Positions 30,451 to 40,084 of a stretch of 64,000 nt of DNA are shown piece after piece. The stretch's first letter is position 1. Each line of letters opens with the position of its first letter. A program made the translations under genes and the position numbers. The stretch is taken from contig JBHORG010000004.1 of assembly GCA_042565955.1 (NCBI GenBank), forward strand, positions 31,677 to 95,676. The letters run 5' to 3'. The notes beneath the pieces were generated by a model. That model saw nothing but the letters and a program-made list of their open reading frames with translations, made no database searches and was not told the origin of the DNA. Origin of the DNA: Thermoproteota archaeon (GTDB taxonomy: Archaea; Thermoproteota; Bathyarchaeia; Bathyarchaeales; Bathyarchaeaceae).

Positions 30451-31935
30451 TTATCCTTTTATTACTCCCATTGGAACCAAGCGCGCAACACGGGTTGCGA
30501 TTCCTATTTTATCACTCACATCAACTACTCTATTTACATCCTTGTATGCCAAATCTGCTTCTTCGGCTAAAACAATAGAACTGGCTGATCTGACAATAAT
30601 TCCTCGGCTTTCCAGAGCCTGTTTCACTTCTCCTCCCCAGAACCTTCGTTTCGCAGCTGATCTACTCATCATGCGACCGGCTCCATGAGCCGTGGACCCA
30701 AAAGAAACGTCCATAGCCTTAGTAGTTCCAGCCAGCAGCCACGAGCTTGTACCCATACTTCCTGGAATTATGACAGGTTGCCCCACAGAACGATAATCTG
30801 CAGGAATATCCATGTGTCCCGGTGGGAACGATCGTGTTGCTCCTTTTCTGTGCGTCCAAACCTTAATTCGTTTTCCATCTATAGTATGTTCTTCGCCTTT
30901 TGCGATGTTGTGGGCAACATCGTAAATCAGATTCAAACCCAAATTGTCGGCTGACCTCTTAAGAACCTCTTCGAAACTCTGACGAACCCAATGAGTAATA
31001 ACTTGGCGATTAACGAAAGCATAGTTGACAGCGCAAGCCATAGCTTGGTAATAGTCTTGTGCTTCATTGCTTGTGGCTGGTGCACAGGCCAGTTCCCTGT
31101 CTGGTATAGAAATGTTATATTTTTGGATTGCTCGTTCCATGACGCGAAGATAATCTGAGCAGACTTGATGTCCGAATCCGCGAGAGCCACAATGAATCAG
31201 AACAGTAACTTGCCCTTCATGAGTGACCCCAAATGTTTTAGCCACTTTTTTGTCGAATATTTTGTCAACCTTTCCAATTTCTAGGAAGTGGTTTCCTGAT
31301 CCAAGGGTACCGCTTTGAGGAAGACCCCTTTGTTTGGCTTTGGATGAAATTTTGTCAGGGTTTGCGCCCTCCATACACCCCTCTTCTTCACAGTGTTTGA
31401 TATCTTCAGGACGCCCAAACCCCTTCTCTACTGCCCACGTTACCCCCTCAGTGACCAGATGTTCAAGTTCATGTATGTTCAGTCGGAAGTCTTTACGGCA
31501 GCTACCTAGTCCGCTGGGAATATTCTTGAATATTGCGTTGGTGAGAGAAGCAAGGAATGGCCTGACATCGCTTTCAGAAAGATTTGTTGATAATAGGCGG
31601 ACCCCACAGTTGATGTCGTAGCCTACTCCCCCTGGGCTTAAAACTCCTTCATTAAAGTCTGTAGCGGCGACTCCACCTATCGGAAAACCGTATCCTTCGT
31701 GACCATCAGGCAACGTGATCGCATACTTGTAAATGCCTGGTAGGTGTGCAACATTCGCACATTGATTAAGTGTTCGGTCTTGTTTTATTTTTTCTATGAG
31801 TTGGTTGTCTGCAAAGACCATCCCAGGAACACGCATACCTGATTTGTAACTTTGGGGTATTCGCCAGGTGTAATTATCGATTTTTTCGATGGGAACCGAT
31901 GGTGCTCGCTCTCGAAATTTTCTTTGTCTGCTCAT
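30451..31935 (-). CDS. rtcB: RNA-splicing ligase RtcB
   Basis: PDGHEGYGFPIGG, GYDINCG, GSGNHFLE, HCGSRG, HRKGAT, PGSMG, STAHGAGR. Confidence 0.98.
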   Translation of the reverse strand: MSRQRKFRERAPSVPIEKIDNYTWRIPQSYKSGMRVPGMVFADNQLIEKIKQDRTLNQCANVAHLPGIYKYAITLPDGHEGYGFPIGGVAATDFNEGVLSPGGVGYDINCGVRLLSTNLSESDVRPFLASLTNAIFKNIPSGLGSCRKDFRLNIHELEHLVTEGVTWAVEKGFGRPEDIKHCEEEGCMEGANPDKISSKAKQRGLPQSGTLGSGNHFLEIGKVDKIFDKKVAKTFGVTHEGQVTVLIHCGSRGFGHQVCSDYLRVMERAIQKYNISIPDRELACAPATSNEAQDYYQAMACAVNYAFVNRQVITHWVRQSFEEVLKRSADNLGLNLIYDVAHNIAKGEEHTIDGKRIKVWTHRKGATRSFPPGHMDIPADYRSVGQPVIIPGSMGTSSWLLAGTTKAMDVSFGSTAHGAGRMMSRSAAKRRFWGGEVKQALESRGIIVRSASSIVLAEEADLAYKDVNRVVDVSDKIGIATRVARLVPMGVIKG

Positions 31936-32127
31936 AGAATCACCATTGAGTAAAGACTTGCAGTAGGGAACTTATAAATTGTAAGTGACCTGTTTTGTGT
32001 TAAACTCGTTTATTTTTCCATTTTTTTGTTGCTCAGCTCTATGTTTTAAGTTGCCGCTGTCAACATGTTGTCACCACAATCTTTAAGAATCGCTCTAATC
32101 AATGACCATTAAACGGATGTAGATGAA

Positions 32128-32646
32128 ATGTCAGGTGAAGAACCATCTGAAAATGAGCTAGTAAAAGTTGAAACGTTGACCCCCAATTCTAGAGGTGTCA
32201 ACACCATCGTGAAAGTAGTTTCTAAGGGTGAAATCAGGAGCGTTACTGGACGAGATTATTCTGTACGCCGTGTTGCAGATGCTTTGGTTGGCGACGAGAC
32301 TGGATCTTTATATATGACCCTTTGGGATGACAAAATAGACGCAATAAATGAAGACGCCACACTAAGTATCACTAATGGTTACATTAACCTATTTAGAGGA
32401 AACATGCGCCTAAATATAGGAAAATATGGCAGTTATGAATTAGTTGAAGATTCCCCAATAACTGAAGTGAATAAAGAAAACAACCTTTCTGACAAACGAT
32501 ACGAGCAAGAGAGACGCTTCAACAGAGGCGGCTATGGTGGCGGCCGAGGCGGCGGTAGAGGCGGCTATGGTGGCGGCCGAAGCGGCGGCGGATACGGCGG
32601 CGGTGGCGGCGGAAGAAGCGGCGGATATCAAAGAAGAAGGTACTAA
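32128..32646 (+). CDS. ssb: Crenarchaeal-type single-OB SSB with RGG/YGG tail
   Basis: VADALVGDETG...TLWD, NGYINLFRG.MRLNIGKYG; Gly/Arg/Tyr-rich C-terminus. Confidence 0.9.
   Translation: MSGEEPSENELVKVETLTPNSRGVNTIVKVVSKGEIRSVTGRDYSVRRVADALVGDETGSLYMTLWDDKIDAINEDATLSITNGYINLFRGNMRLNIGKYGSYELVEDSPITEVNKENNLSDKRYEQERRFNRGGYGGGRGGGRGGYGGGRSGGGYGGGGGGRSGGYQRRRY
32524..32580 (+). repeat. 24-bp direct repeat AGAGGCGGCTATGGTGGCGGCCGA, two copies, encoding RGGYGGGR
   Basis: Exact copies at 32524-32547 and 32557-32580. Confidence 0.9.
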
Positions 32647-32742
32647 CCCACTTCTTTTTCATTTCCTTTTTTTAGCTACCGTTTTAGTAGCTATAATTAG
32701 ATTTTTTTAGAGAAATATTATTGGAACCTAGAAGCTCTTTTA

Positions 32743-33071
32743 TTATTGTTTAGCATTTTTACAAAGCTTCTCATTGGCTAATCTGTTGATTTGGCATTTT
32801 CTACAGTCGTTTTTACAGTTTTCGCAAAATATTTTAGCGCTTTCGTTAATTTTGTGGTCCTTTTCTTCTGAGCCAAAAGAAATAATGCTTCCACAGTAAT
32901 TGCAATAAAGGGCTGTGAATTGCATGCCTTTGGAGTTCGGTCTGAATGAGTTCAGACGATTACATATCATGCATTTGGCTAACTGGATTTTTTGCTTTTT
33001 TCCTCAAATACAACATCAATTACAGCTTTGAATATGTTGTAAACATAGCCATCACTAGACTCGAAATCCAA
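32743..33071 (-). pseudogene. Multi-CxxC zinc-finger protein, apparently frameshifted
   Basis: TTG at 33071 with AGGAGAGG upstream. One extra A in A6-GC-A6 (32988-33001) joins MDFESS...VFEE to IQLAKCMIC...CNYC...CENC...CRKC. Confidence 0.55.
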
Positions 33072-33200
33072 AGGAAGTTTCCCTCTCCTTGTCTAACGTA
33101 AAAAGAGTGATTCAAGAAACTTAAGACAAGTTGCAGGATCAGATATGTTTTCAATTTAGAACTATGGTGGTTTGCTGATGTAATGTCTAAGTTCTGGGAG

Positions 33201-34232
33201 CTATTTCTCTGTTATTTTCGAGTTTTTTTTGGAGAGTTGATAAATTTGTCCAATACAGAAAGAAAGCGTTCTGAATAGGTCAATAAAAGGGTATATGACA
33301 ACTCTAGCGAATTTTTTGTTCTGAACTGCTCTATACATGTAGACTGACGCCAATATAATTAGGGGTAAGCCAGTAAATCCAAATAATAACAACGGGAAAA
33401 TGCTGGAACTTGACGTAAAAGTTAGAAAAGATAGTGATCCAACTATCATAAGCCAACTTATGAATCCGAGTACTCCCATGAATGACCATTTAGAAACAGA
33501 GTCCTTTAACCGATTTCTTCTTAGCACCAGTCCGCTTCCTTTACCATACTGAAAATTCTGCTTCAGAAAGTCTCCAAGTGTCGATCGATGCTTGTGCCAA
33601 ACAAAAACTTCAGGGTCCAGAACCATCTTGTAACCCGCGTTGCAAACTCTATCTGCAAACTCAACTTCATCAAAGCCATACTGAATATTCTCGTCAAAAT
33701 ATCCGACTTCCTCGGCTACTTTTCGTCTATAAGCCATGTTGCATCCTGCTGGGTGACGAAAGAAGGGTTTTACCTTTTCAAGTTCTTCACGTTTCGTGAA
33801 GCACGGCATCAACCTTACGATGCTGTTATCCGCATATTTCGATACAAAATCTCCATCCAGAGCTTTTGCACTTCCGCCAACGCAACCGACTTTGGGGTCT
33901 TTGAAGTTTTCAACTATTTTTGTTATCCAGTTGTTAGGAACTATACAATCGGAGTCTGTGAATGCAATGATTTCGCCGTTGCCACTCTTGATTCCAGTGT
34001 TTCTTGCTCTGTTCAATCCTTTTCTATTTTCAATAATTAATTTCACAGGATATTGTTCTACTATTGCCTGAGTTTTGTCTTTGGAGTTTCCATCAACTAC
34101 AATTACCTCTACCTTGTTTCTGTCGTAGTCCAGTTTTTGTAGAGACTCTAGCAGCTGCTGGATAGTCTCTTCACCATTCCAAACTGGTACAACAACAGTG
34201 ACTGAAGGAGGTATTTTGTAGTCTTCCATCAT
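33201..34232 (-). CDS. Glycosyltransferase family 2 with C-terminal TM segments
   Basis: VVVPVWN, VVDGNS.D, ARNTG, FTDSDC, GCNMAYRR. Confidence 0.92.
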   Translation of the reverse strand: MMEDYKIPPSVTVVVPVWNGEETIQQLLESLQKLDYDRNKVEVIVVDGNSKDKTQAIVEQYPVKLIIENRKGLNRARNTGIKSGNGEIIAFTDSDCIVPNNWITKIVENFKDPKVGCVGGSAKALDGDFVSKYADNSIVRLMPCFTKREELEKVKPFFRHPAGCNMAYRRKVAEEVGYFDENIQYGFDEVEFADRVCNAGYKMVLDPEVFVWHKHRSTLGDFLKQNFQYGKGSGLVLRRNRLKDSVSKWSFMGVLGFISWLMIVGSLSFLTFTSSSSIFPLLLFGFTGLPLIILASVYMYRAVQNKKFARVVIYPFIDLFRTLSFCIGQIYQLSKKNSKITEK

Positions 34233-34366
34233 AATCGCTTCATATACACTTTCGTAGAGTTCGCAGAAACCAATTTATTTTTTGTGCCAAAAAAGGCTTA
34301 AGTTAGCCTAATATTCTTATGAATCGAGAAAAGGTGCAGTAGCCAAAAATAAAATTTTGGTTCAAT

Positions 34367-35404
34367 TTGGTGGTAATTGTGTCCGAAAAGAATGGGAGTT
34401 ATCCTTCGATCTCGATTGTAGTTGTAAACTTTAACGGGAGAGACCTCTTGAGGCAGTGTTTATGCACTCTTTTGGATACCGATTATCCAAAATATGAAAT
34501 TGTTGTTGTTGATAACGCTTCTACAGATGGAAGTTTTGCTGAGATAAAGGAGTCTTTTGCATCAGATCCTCGTATAACGCTTGTTGAAAACAGTGAAAAT
34601 GTAGGGCATTCAGAGGGCTGTAACATCGGCGCAAGATTGACCACTGGTAAATACCTGGTTTTTTTGGATAGTGACATAGAATTCGAGGCTGAGAATTGGC
34701 TCTGGGAACTGGTTAATGTAATGGAGCATGATAGAACCGTTGGATTAGCTCAGGCTAAAATTGTGTTATCTGAAGACAAACGTTGTTTAGACTATGTTTG
34801 TATGGCTGTTGACGCTTTAGGAACATGGTCTGCGTACTATGGTTCAAAAGAAGAAATGCTTAAAGAGAATTTAGAGATTTTAGCGGCATCTGCAGGATGT
34901 TGTATTATTCGAAGAGAGGTTTTTAATCAAGTTGGAGGCTTTGATGCTGATTATTTCATATATGATGATGATACGGATCTTTCTCTTCGTGCAAGGTTGA
35001 TGGGTTATCGGATATTGTTTGTGCCTTCGGCTTTGGTGATTCATCGAGGCGGCGTTCTAAGGGGTGTAAGTGGAATGATGCTCTATTATTCTTCTAAGAA
35101 TCGATTGAAAACAGTACTTAAGAATTTTGAACTCAGGAACGTCTGGTGGAGATTTTCGGTTTTGATTTTTTTCACGCTAATTGTGTCTGCGGGTTTTTTT
35201 GCGGTAAAGAAACATGATGAAGCCAAGGCAACTCTGAAAGGGTTGTTGAATCCGATTGCAACTTTGCCCAATATATGGAAAAAGAGGCTTGTGGTTCAGT
35301 CCAAGAGGCGCACAAGAGATTCTGAACTTGTTAAAGGCGGTTTCATAAGAAACGACTTTCAGTCAACACTTCAGGATTTCAAAATAAAACTAAAACACAT
35401 GTAA
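34367..35404 (+). CDS. Glycosyltransferase family 2
   Basis: VVVNFNG, VVDNASTDGS, FLDSD, GGFDADYFIYDDDTDLSLR. Confidence 0.92.
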   Translation: MVVIVSEKNGSYPSISIVVVNFNGRDLLRQCLCTLLDTDYPKYEIVVVDNASTDGSFAEIKESFASDPRITLVENSENVGHSEGCNIGARLTTGKYLVFLDSDIEFEAENWLWELVNVMEHDRTVGLAQAKIVLSEDKRCLDYVCMAVDALGTWSAYYGSKEEMLKENLEILAASAGCCIIRREVFNQVGGFDADYFIYDDDTDLSLRARLMGYRILFVPSALVIHRGGVLRGVSGMMLYYSSKNRLKTVLKNFELRNVWWRFSVLIFFTLIVSAGFFAVKKHDEAKATLKGLLNPIATLPNIWKKRLVVQSKRRTRDSELVKGGFIRNDFQSTLQDFKIKLKHM

Positions 35405-35512
35405 ACAAAATTTGATTTATAAATAGGAACCGAAAATCTATAAGTCGTTAACAATTTTTTAGGATAGTTGTCATAAAAGTTGACGGAATGTTGGTGTCAG
35501 AACAAATGACAG

Positions 35513-35680
35513 ATGAACCGAAATTTGTTGCTTGAGGCTCTCTCCGAGACCGATCCCAGAGAAATCCTCATCTATGGTATGTATGTCAAAAAAGTCTTCA
35601 GTCCAATTATCTGGGCTAAACAGAAAGATCATATCGAAAAAACAATGGAAATGCTAACATCTGCTATCAGTAAAAAATAA
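35513..35680 (+). CDS. 55-aa hypothetical protein (not in ORF track)
   Basis: MNRNLLLEALSETDPREILIYGMYVKKVFSPIIWAKQKDHIEKTMEMLTSAISKK fills an otherwise empty gap. Confidence 0.4.
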   Translation: MNRNLLLEALSETDPREILIYGMYVKKVFSPIIWAKQKDHIEKTMEMLTSAISKK

Positions 35681-35844
35681 TCATTTATCCTACTTTCATG
35701 ATTTTTCAATCGCAAGACAACTTTTTTTGGGTCCAATTTTCTTATTTCTTATTCACAGAATCAAACAGAGATCTAGGCCTCGAAGTAGAGCGCAATTTAT
35801 TATGTACTCCTGATAATGAACTTTAAGAGAGGCTAAGTTTTAGG

Positions 35845-36435
35845 TTGCTTGACAGAAATACTCTTCGGAGAAACGCTCTAATCTTGGTCTGGATAGGCTT
35901 TCTTTGGAATTTCTTAGAGGCTGGGGTAGCTCTTTGGTCTGCCGTCGCTGCGAGCAGTGTGGCTCTTTTTGCTTTTGGATTAGATAGCATAATAGAGATT
36001 TTTACTGGAGCTGTTTTGATTTGGAGATTGAATCTAAGGAAAGAACAGGAGGAAGAGGAGGCTGAAAGCAGTGCTTTGAAAGTAGTTGGTGGGACCTTTT
36101 TTGTGTTAGCTGCTTTTGTGATTTTTCAGACCTTAGCTACTTTAATTGGTTTTTTATTTGAACCACAAGCAAGTCCAGCGGGAATAGTCCTTGTTATAGC
36201 CAGTGCACTAGTAATGACGGTTTTATATCGTGAGAAGTCGAGGCTGGCAAAACAATTGGATTCTCGTGCTCTTCGAGCTGAAGCGATAGAAAGTTTGATG
36301 TGTGATCTTCAAGACTTAACTATCCTCGTAGGTCTGGGACTAAATGCTCTATTTGGTTGGTGGTGGGTAGATCCTATAGCTGCCTTATTCTTAATTCCAT
36401 TCTTTTTGAAAGAAGGATTGGAATCATTCAGATAA
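35845..36435 (+). CDS. Cation diffusion facilitator, TM domain only
   Basis: SVALFAFGLDS.IE, SRALRAEA, WWVDP; no cytoplasmic C-terminal domain. Confidence 0.85.
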   Translation: MLDRNTLRRNALILVWIGFLWNFLEAGVALWSAVAASSVALFAFGLDSIIEIFTGAVLIWRLNLRKEQEEEEAESSALKVVGGTFFVLAAFVIFQTLATLIGFLFEPQASPAGIVLVIASALVMTVLYREKSRLAKQLDSRALRAEAIESLMCDLQDLTILVGLGLNALFGWWWVDPIAALFLIPFFLKEGLESFR

Positions 36436-36468
36436 GTTAGAACCGTCACAATTTCAAACAAAAGGGGA

Positions 36469-37710
36469 TTACGGTCTAATGTGTCCCCTGCCTAGTATGA
36501 AGAATTTTGTGGTCGTTAACTGCTGGGCGCTCATTGGTCCTCTTGCGTGAAGTTTCTGGGTGCTGATTCCGATTTCTGCTCCTAAACCAAACTGATTTCC
36601 ATCCGTGAAGCGTGTGGAAGCGTTCCAGTAGACTGCTGCAGCGTCTACTTCATTGATGAATTTTAGTGCCTTGTTAAAATCTGCTGTTAATATTGATTCT
36701 GAGTGTTTAGTGCCATACTTGTTGATATGAGCAATCGCCTCGTCTAAACCTTCTACTATTTTTATGGCGATAATCAGATCAAGATATTCTGTTCCCCAGT
36801 CCTCTTGAACGGCTGGCTTTAAGTTCGGAAGCAACTCCATGATCTTTTCGTCCGCTCTAACTTCAACTCCGTTTAGATTGAGCGCCGAAACAACCTTTGG
36901 TAAGAAATGTCTTGCAACATTCCTATGGACTAATAGTTTTTCTGCGGCGTTGCATGTTCCAGGTCTTTGGCATTTGGAGTTGATTACTATGTCTATTGCT
37001 CTGGTTAGGTCGGCGTCTTCTTCAATGTAGATATGGCAGTTCCCTGTTCCTGTTTCTATGACGGGGACTGTTGATTTTTCTACTACTGTTTTGATGAGGT
37101 TGGCTCCTCCACGAGGAATTAGCACGTCTATGTATTCTCTCATTTTCATGAGCTTCTCTGCGTAGCTTCTGTCTGTTACTGGAACAACCTGAATAATATC
37201 CTTAGTCAATCCTGTCTTTTCCAGTGCGGTTCGTAGGGCGTTTCCTATTGCCTTGTTAGAGTTTATGGCATCTGAGCCACCCCTCAGAATTATCGCATTT
37301 CCTGATTTGATGCATAGACCAGATGCTTCTGATGTTACATCAGGTCGGGACTCGTATATTATTCCGATTACACCTAAGGGTACACGAAGCTTACCAATGA
37401 TCAAGCCATTTGGGCGGGTCCATGTTTTCACAATTTCGCCTACAGACTCGGATAATTCTGATACTTCCCTCAAATTACATGCCATGCTTGTTACTCTTTT
37501 TTTATCTAGAATCAATCTGTCAATTAGTGCCTCTTTTACGCCTTTGGTTCTGGCAACTTCAACATCCTTTTGATTCGCCTCCAGAATTTCTGTACAACAT
37601 CTTTCGAGGGAGTCTGCCATGTTACATAATGCCTTGTTTCTCTGTTCAGCGGAAGCTTTGGCTAGCTGCGTCGAAGCAGTTTTTGCTCTTTTACAAATTT
37701 CTAAGATCAT
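36469..37710 (-). CDS. proA: Gamma-glutamyl phosphate reductase
   Basis: VPLGVIGIIYESRP, LIPRGG, GNCH, CNAAEKLL, NASTRFTDG, GISTQKLHARGP. Start set to ATG at 37710. Confidence 0.97.
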   Translation of the reverse strand: MILEICKRAKTASTQLAKASAEQRNKALCNMADSLERCCTEILEANQKDVEVARTKGVKEALIDRLILDKKRVTSMACNLREVSELSESVGEIVKTWTRPNGLIIGKLRVPLGVIGIIYESRPDVTSEASGLCIKSGNAIILRGGSDAINSNKAIGNALRTALEKTGLTKDIIQVVPVTDRSYAEKLMKMREYIDVLIPRGGANLIKTVVEKSTVPVIETGTGNCHIYIEEDADLTRAIDIVINSKCQRPGTCNAAEKLLVHRNVARHFLPKVVSALNLNGVEVRADEKIMELLPNLKPAVQEDWGTEYLDLIIAIKIVEGLDEAIAHINKYGTKHSESILTADFNKALKFINEVDAAAVYWNASTRFTDGNQFGLGAEIGISTQKLHARGPMSAQQLTTTKFFILGRGHIRP

Positions 37711-37717
37711 AATTTTT

Positions 37718-38839
37718 TCACTTCTTAATACATATATTTTTTCGGGCAACAACCTCTTTGCGGCGAAGATAACCAAGAACCTTTTTGATTTGATTTGTTT
37801 TTAATCCTTTAATAATACTGATTTCTCCGCTGTTATAATTGGGATTACCCTTTGCAAACTCGATACCATTCTGATCGACCAATCCAACAACATCGCCCTC
37901 ACTAAATGTTCCAGCTACCTTAACCACGCCCACCGGAAGAATGCTAGCTCCCCGCAAAATCGCCTTTTTGGCCCCCTCGTTCACGAAGATTTGTCCCTTA
38001 ACTGAAGCTCCATACGCTATCCATCGCTTTATTGACGGTAGTCGATCTTGTGGCTTGAATAAGGTTCCTATCTGCTTTCCTGCAATTATGTCAATGATTC
38101 CATTTTCCTTTTTACTGTTAGCTATTACTAAAGGTACACCGCTGGATGTGGCAATTTCAGCCGCTTTTAGTTTTGTTTTCATTCCGCCTTTGCCCAATCG
38201 GCTTTTTCCTTCCACTTCACATTTGATTTCTGGTGTTACCCGTTCAACCGTTTTGATTAGTTTTGCTCCACGTTTATTAGGATTCATTGTATACAAGCCG
38301 TCTACATTAGAGAGTATGATGACTAAGTCTGCTTCTAGGGCGTTAGCCAGTAGAACTGAAAGGATGTCATTGTCGCTAAAGTTTACTTCATAACCTTTTG
38401 TCACTGGAACTAGCTCATCGGTGGATGTTACGTCATTCTCATTGATGATGGGAACAATACCTAGTTGCAGAACCATTTCTAGAACATCACAAATATGCAG
38501 ATAAGAGGCTCTGTTAGACAGATCTTCTGCGGTGAGTAAGATTTGAGCAACCTTTAGGTTGTGCTTTCTGAAAAGTTCACGGTATTTGGACATAATTATG
38601 CTCTGTCCAGTAGCTGCTGAGACCTGCTGAAAGACTATATCGTTGGATTTGGGGGGTATGTCAAGCTCGGCTATGCCTGCGGCTACGGCTCCAGAAGTTA
38701 CAAAAACAATCTTGTTGCCATTCTTTATTGCTGTGGCAATTTGGTCAACTAACCTGCGCATTAATTCCAAGTCTAGACTACCGTTGCTCTTTGTTAAACT
38801 TCCAGTTCCAACTTTCACGACAATCAGTTTTGAAGACAT
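37718..38839 (-). CDS. proB: Glutamate 5-kinase with PUA domain
   Basis: VVKVGT, VTSGAV, PIINEND, FSDND, GGMKTK. Confidence 0.97.
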   Translation of the reverse strand: MSSKLIVVKVGTGSLTKSNGSLDLELMRRLVDQIATAIKNGNKIVFVTSGAVAAGIAELDIPPKSNDIVFQQVSAATGQSIIMSKYRELFRKHNLKVAQILLTAEDLSNRASYLHICDVLEMVLQLGIVPIINENDVTSTDELVPVTKGYEVNFSDNDILSVLLANALEADLVIILSNVDGLYTMNPNKRGAKLIKTVERVTPEIKCEVEGKSRLGKGGMKTKLKAAEIATSSGVPLVIANSKKENGIIDIIAGKQIGTLFKPQDRLPSIKRWIAYGASVKGQIFVNEGAKKAILRGASILPVGVVKVAGTFSEGDVVGLVDQNGIEFAKGNPNYNSGEISIIKGLKTNQIKKVLGYLRRKEVVARKNICIKK

Positions 38840-39060
38840 ACCAGCTCTTCTTTTCTTAAAGATGCATTTCTCCTATAAGCCTTGTTAAGATCTAGTATAC
38901 TGCTTTAAACATGAAATGGTTAAAATTTATTTACAAAAAATGGCAGCACGCTTATGCGATATTCTATCGTAGACTCTGGTTGAAAAAAAGTTTCTGGTAT
39001 TTTTTCATCGGTCGATTGAAATAATACATATTTCGTAGAAAAAAAGGGAGGTGTAACAAA

Positions 39061-39861
39061 TTGAATGTTAAAAAGCCTTCAAGGGAATTATCAGCCACCG
39101 AGATTATTTCGTTATCTTTCAATCTTTACCGTTCTAAATTCTTGCAGTTTTTCTTGCCTTTTCTGGTCCAAGGTCTAATAATAGGAACGTTCAGTTTTGT
39201 TCTAACATCAGCATTTCCCATGCCCGAAACTCCCACTTTGCCCAATTCTCCAAACACCTCATTTTATTATGAGGAATTGTTTCCATGGTTCTTTTCTTTT
39301 ATTTCAACTGTCATCGTGATAGGTGTTTTGTCTGGTCTTGTATCGTGTATTGTAGGAACAACGACCACTGGTATCGTTGTAAAAAATGCTTCGGACCAAA
39401 TAGAGAGTGGGACTTCAAATCTCAGAGTTAGTTTCAACTTTGCAGTATCTAAGCTTCCATCATTGCTTCCTGCACAGTTTGTTGCTGGATTATTGGTAGT
39501 AATTGGAATGCTTTTTTTCATAGTGCCTGGCGTAATTATCGCCATAATGTTTTCATTAATAATTCCCACAATAATTGTTGAGTAGAAAGGCTCCTTTGAA
39601 AGTTTGGGAAGAAGTAGAGTGCTTGTAAGCAATCGTTGGCAGGAGACCTTTATTGTGGGTCTATTTTTGGGCATAATTTCTATCATTGTCACCGGTGCTG
39701 CATTTGTGCTATCAATTCCTTTCAACACTACTAATCTAATGGTGAATCCATTTCTCACCAACATCATAATAGCATTTGTAGGTCCAATTTATCCAATTGC
39801 AGTAACTTTTCTATATTATTCAATGGTTATTCGAGAAAATCCACATCCACCAACACTCTAA
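39061..39861 (+). pseudogene. Multi-pass membrane protein interrupted by an in-frame TAG (39583-39585)
   Basis: ...IIPTIIVE*KGSFESLGRSRVLVSNRW... is a continuous E..G...SL.RS..LV...W membrane-protein pattern across the stop. Confidence 0.75.
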
Positions 39862-40020
39862 TCTAACATCAGTCAAAGAAACATGTAGTTCAAGGTTCTT
39901 TGAATTGAAAAACTTTAGTTGACCTTAAAATACAATCCTTAGCTGTAATATGGCTTTTATCTCAAAGAATCAAACCGTAGAAACTGAATATTGTTTCTTT
40001 TGAGGACAATCGCTTCAGTA

Positions 40021-40036
40021 GTCAAGGTTTCTTTAC
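40021..40036. promoter_or_regulatory. Palindromic site GTCAAG-N4-CTTGAC, copy 1 (GTCAAGGTTTCTTTAC)
   Basis: About 50 bp upstream of the 4Fe-4S membrane gene; motif recurs four more times in nearby intergenic regions. Confidence 0.65.
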
Positions 40037-40084
40037 AAAAACTCTTTTCTACTGATCGAAGTAGAAGTAATATCAGGGGCCCAT

